A DNA stretch of 64,000 nucleotides from NCBI GenBank assembly GCA_028283855.1, contig JAPWJX010000004.1:161394-225393 (forward strand). The letters run 5' to 3'. Below are positions 60,597-64,000 of the stretch, one piece after another. Below the pieces are notes generated by a model that was given only the letters and a program-made list of their open reading frames with translations, had not been told where the DNA came from and did not search any database. The stretch's first letter is position 1. Each line of letters begins with the position of its first letter. A program made the translations under genes and the position numbers. The DNA is from Verrucomicrobium sp. Lineage in GTDB: Bacteria > Verrucomicrobiota > Verrucomicrobiia > Methylacidiphilales > GAS474.

Positions 60597-61841
60597 TTAC
60601 CAGGTGAAGGTGAAGCGGCTGAGGCGCTTTTCCAGCTCCGCCACGACGCGCTTTTCCTCCGCTTCCCCGCCAGGGGCGGAGAAGGTGACGCTGAAACGGA
60701 CGCAGGCGCCCGCGTCGTCCCACGGAACGGTGGAGACGAGGTTTTCCGTGATCATCCACTGGGAGAAAGTCTCCGCGTCGGGGAAGGAGACGGTCTTCCC
60801 TTCGCCCGCGGCCTGCTTCGGCGCGGGGACGTAGAGGAAGAAGGAGCCCTTCGGCTTCTGCGCCTGGAAGCCGAGGCGCTGGAGCGCGCCGACCAGCAGG
60901 TCCATGCGGCGGCTGTATTTGGCGGCGATCTTTTCCGTGATCTCCGGGTGGTCGAAGCAGTAGGCCACGGCGTTCTGGATGCCGAGGAACTGGCCGGAAT
61001 CGGTGTTGTCCTTCACGGTGGCGTAGGCCTTCACCAGCAGGGGGTTGCCCGCCACGAAGCCGCAGCGCCAGCCGGTCATGTTGAAGTTCTTGCTGGCGGA
61101 GTGCAGCTCCACGCCCACGTCCATGGCGCCCGGGGTGGAGAGGAAGGAGAGGGGCTTCCCCTCGAAGACCAGGGCCGCGTAGGCGAAGTCGTGGATGACG
61201 ACGAGGCTGTTCTTCTTGGCGAAGGCGACGACCTTGGCGAAGAACTCCGGCGTGGCGCTGGCGCCCGTGGGGTTGTTCGGGTAGTTGATGACCAGCACCT
61301 TGGCCCGGGAGAGGACGTCGGCGGGGATATTGTCCAGGTCGGGCAGGTAGCCGTTTTCCTTCGTCAGCTTCAGGTTGTGCACCTCGCCGCCGTAGTAGCG
61401 GGCGTGGGTGCCGAAGACCGGGTAGCCCGGCACGGTCATGAGGACGACGTCCCCGGGGTTGATAAGGCAGGCGGGGAGGATGGAGAGGGCGGCCTTCGAG
61501 CCGATGGAGTGGCAGACCTGCGTCTCCGGGTCGAGGGTGACGCCGCAGACGTTCTTCAGGTAGCGGGCGGCGGCTTCCTTCAGCAGCGGGCCGCCGTTGT
61601 CGGCGTAGCCGCGGTTGCCGGGCTTGGCCGCTTCCTCGTTGAGGCGGGCGACGACGTCGGCCGGGGGCATCTCGTCCGGCTCGCCCACGCCCAGGTCAAA
61701 GAGTTCGCCGCCGGGATTGGCCTCCAGGGCGGCGCGTTTGGCGCGCTTGATCTTCTCGAACTTGTAGATGGCGGTGTCTTTGCCGAAGCGGTCTCCGCCG
61801 ATGCGCTGGGCGAAGAGGGATTGGATGTAGGAATCGCTCAT
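60597..61841 (-). CDS. dapL: LL-diaminopimelate aminotransferase (class I PLP)
   Basis: DLGVGEPD, INYPNNPTGA, DFAY, HSASK.FNMTGWR; N-terminus typical of DapL. Confidence 0.8.
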   Translation of the reverse strand: MSDSYIQSLFAQRIGGDRFGKDTAIYKFEKIKRAKRAALEANPGGELFDLGVGEPDEMPPADVVARLNEEAAKPGNRGYADNGGPLLKEAAARYLKNVCGVTLDPETQVCHSIGSKAALSILPACLINPGDVVLMTVPGYPVFGTHARYYGGEVHNLKLTKENGYLPDLDNIPADVLSRAKVLVINYPNNPTGASATPEFFAKVVAFAKKNSLVVIHDFAYAALVFEGKPLSFLSTPGAMDVGVELHSASKNFNMTGWRCGFVAGNPLLVKAYATVKDNTDSGQFLGIQNAVAYCFDHPEITEKIAAKYSRRMDLLVGALQRLGFQAQKPKGSFFLYVPAPKQAAGEGKTVSFPDAETFSQWMITENLVSTVPWDDAGACVRFSVTFSAPGGEAEEKRVVAELEKRLSRFTFTW

Positions 61842-61908
61842 GGGGGAACGGATATCTTAAGAGCCGAGGGCGGCCTGGCAATGGATTACTTGTGAAAGGG
61901 CCCGCGAT

Positions 61909-63291
61909 ATGCTTTTTAGCGTGGTGCTCCTGACCAATATGACCCGCGCCAATGAGATTGGCGCCAATTCCTATCTTCTCGACCTAGGGCAGGAGGGCTC
62001 CGTCATCCTCGACGCCGGCTCCCACCCCCGCCTGGACGGCTACGAGGGGACGCCCGACTTCGCCCCCTCCGGAGGCAAGGACGTCCGCGCCATCTTCCTG
62101 ACCCACGCCCACCACGACCACACCGGCTCCCTGCCGCTGGCCATGCGCGCCCATCCGAAGGCCCGCGTCTTCATGAGCGAGGGGACCTACTTCCTGGCCG
62201 ACCCCCTCCTGCACAATTCCGTGGAGGTGATGACCAAGCAGCGCAGCGAGCTGGGCATCAGCGAATACCCCCTCTACACCCACGGGGAGCTGGCGCAGCT
62301 GACCCAGCGCTGGCAGGCCTGCGGCCTGGGCAAGTCCTGGTCCCTGGACGGCTATCCCAACCCCAAGAACGAGCCGGTCTCCTTCAGCCTGCACGACGCG
62401 GGGCACATTCTGGGCTCCGTCGGCGTCCGCATCGAGCACCGGGGCCGCAGCCTCTTCTACACCGGGGACATCAACTTCGCCGACCAGCGCCTGATGAAGG
62501 CGGCCAGCTTCCCCACCAGCGGCATCGACATCCTGGTCACGGAGACGACGCGCGGCGGCAGCCCCCGCAAGGAGGCCCGCGGGCCGGTGATCGAGCGTTT
62601 CTTCCAGGCGATGGACGAGACCTTCGCCCAGGGCGGGGCCGTCCTGGTCCCCATCTTCGCCATGGGGAAGACGCAGGAGCTTTTGGCCGAGATCTACATC
62701 CGCTGGCGGGAGGGCCGCTTCGGCCGCCGCCCGCTCTACATCGGGGGGCTGAGCAAGACCTTCTCCGCCATCTACGACAAGCTGGCCCAGCGCTCCGTCC
62801 GCGCCCACCCGGACATCAAGCTGCTCAACGACAAGATGCCGGAAATCATGGACGGCCGCCGCCTGAAGGGCTTCAAGCCGCGCAAGGGGGACCTCTACCT
62901 CCTTTCCTCCGGCATGATGACGCCGAAGACCCTCTCCAACACCCTGGGCCAGCGCTTCCTCTCGGAGGAGAAGAACAGCGTCTTCTTCGTCGGCTACTGC
63001 GATCCGGAGTCCCCCGCCGGGGCGCTCCTGGAAACGCCGAAGGGCGGCCACGTCGTCCTGGACCCCATCACCGGGGAGCTGGAGGTGAAGTGCCGCGTCG
63101 AGCACTTCGACATGACCGCCCACGCCCAGCGGGAGGACATCCTCGACTACATTCTCAAGACCGATCCGAAGGTCTGCGTCCTGGTCCACGGCGATCCGCC
63201 GGCCCTGGAATGGTTCCAGGCCCAGCTCCGCGAGCTGCGGCCGAACATGAAGATCGTCATCCCGCCGCCCGGCCAGCCCGTCGCGCTCTGA
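61909..63291 (+). CDS. MBL-fold beta-CASP ribonuclease
   Basis: THAHHDH, DAGHILGS, YTGD, FAMGKTQE, AHA, LVHGD; start may be 61921-61939. Confidence 0.9.
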   Translation: MLFSVVLLTNMTRANEIGANSYLLDLGQEGSVILDAGSHPRLDGYEGTPDFAPSGGKDVRAIFLTHAHHDHTGSLPLAMRAHPKARVFMSEGTYFLADPLLHNSVEVMTKQRSELGISEYPLYTHGELAQLTQRWQACGLGKSWSLDGYPNPKNEPVSFSLHDAGHILGSVGVRIEHRGRSLFYTGDINFADQRLMKAASFPTSGIDILVTETTRGGSPRKEARGPVIERFFQAMDETFAQGGAVLVPIFAMGKTQELLAEIYIRWREGRFGRRPLYIGGLSKTFSAIYDKLAQRSVRAHPDIKLLNDKMPEIMDGRRLKGFKPRKGDLYLLSSGMMTPKTLSNTLGQRFLSEEKNSVFFVGYCDPESPAGALLETPKGGHVVLDPITGELEVKCRVEHFDMTAHAQREDILDYILKTDPKVCVLVHGDPPALEWFQAQLRELRPNMKIVIPPPGQPVAL

Positions 63292-63295
63292 TCTC

Positions 63296-63925
63296 ATGAC
63301 TCCGGCCCTCCCGGTCGACGCCCGCCAGGCGGCCAAGCTGCTGGCGAAGGCCGATCCGGTGCTGGGGGCGGTGATCGCGCGCGTGGGCGCCCACACGGGG
63401 GAGCCCACGCCGGGGAAGGATCTTTTCCCCGCCCTGCTGCGCTCCATCATCTCCCAGCAGCTCCACGGGAAGGCGGCGGAGGCGATCCACGGGCGCGTCC
63501 TAAAGCAGATCGGCCGGGGCCGCGCGGGAGCCCGGGCCCTCCTTTCCCTCCCGGACGAGGCCTTGCGCGGCGCGGGCCTTTCCGCGAACAAGCTGCTGGC
63601 CCTGCGGGATCTGGCGGCCAAGGCCCTGGACGGCACCGTCCCCACGCCGCGGGCCGCCGCGAAGCTTTCCGACGCGGAATTGATCGAGCACCTGACGCGC
63701 GTCCGGGGAATCGGGCCGTGGACGGTCCACATGCTCCTCATCTTCCATCTGGGGCGCCCCGACGTGCTGCCCACGGGGGATTACGCGATCCGCAAGGCCT
63801 TCAGCCTCCTCTACCGGAAGGGCCGCGCCGTGACCCCCGCCGCCATCGAGCGGCACGCAAAGCGGTGGCAGCCCTACCGCTCCATCGCCAGCTGGTATCT
63901 CTGGCGCTCGCTCGACCTCGATTAG
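63296..63925 (+). CDS. alkA: DNA-3-methyladenine glycosylase II (HhH-GPD)
   Basis: SIISQQL..KAA, LT.VRGIGPWT, DVLP.GD, WQPYRS.ASWYLW. Confidence 0.9.
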   Translation: MTPALPVDARQAAKLLAKADPVLGAVIARVGAHTGEPTPGKDLFPALLRSIISQQLHGKAAEAIHGRVLKQIGRGRAGARALLSLPDEALRGAGLSANKLLALRDLAAKALDGTVPTPRAAAKLSDAELIEHLTRVRGIGPWTVHMLLIFHLGRPDVLPTGDYAIRKAFSLLYRKGRAVTPAAIERHAKRWQPYRSIASWYLWRSLDLD

Positions 63926-63927
63926 GC

Positions 63928-64000
63928 CTAGCGGACGTCCTTCGGCGCGGGGCCGAGCTTCCAGACGTAGTAGCGGGTCACATTCTCCCCGGCCTGGGAC
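63928..64000 (-). CDS. 3' end of an unidentified gene entering from beyond the window
   Basis: Minus-strand frame SQAGENVTRYYVWKLGPAPKDVR* converging on alkA. Confidence 0.5.
   Translation of the reverse strand, partial: SQAGENVTRYYVWKLGPAPKDVR

Overview
GC-rich bacterial chromosome segment, probably Verrucomicrobiota/PVC. This is inferred from the long-form IspG, the LL-DAP aminotransferase, the single-anchor sdhCAB and the gene families present. About 45 of the genes are ordinary housekeeping genes: thrB, nadC, pyrH, sdhCAB, folC, accD/accA, thrS-infC-rpmI-rplT, pheS, ileS, lspA, nadA, lptD, ugd, purA, uppS-cdsA-dxr-rseP-ispG, aroD, mreBCD-mrdA-rodA, rne/rng, lolE/D, degP, nirA/sir, dinG, dapL, a beta-CASP nuclease and alkA. 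I saw no rRNA, tRNA, CRISPR array or IS element. The most notable signal is an AT-rich element with exact core TAGCCGAATTA. It occurs five times, always on the coding strand and 7-18 nt before the ATG of a dispersed set of accessory genes: a divergent Gln-dependent NAD synthetase, two tandem adenosine-deaminase-family genes and two orphan loci. A degenerate copy precedes an atypical M3 peptidase. These genes sit between or inside otherwise conserved operons (rplT|pheS, ileS|lspA), and the enzymes carry Pro/charged C-terminal tails. This suggests an undescribed regulon of recruited, possibly exported enzymes (inference). Three genes carry single-base lesions (mreC +1, an orphan phage-tail-like gene +1, an NAD(P)-binding protein with an in-frame TAG), which may be sequencing errors. 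All product calls come from motif recognition by eye; no database searches were run.
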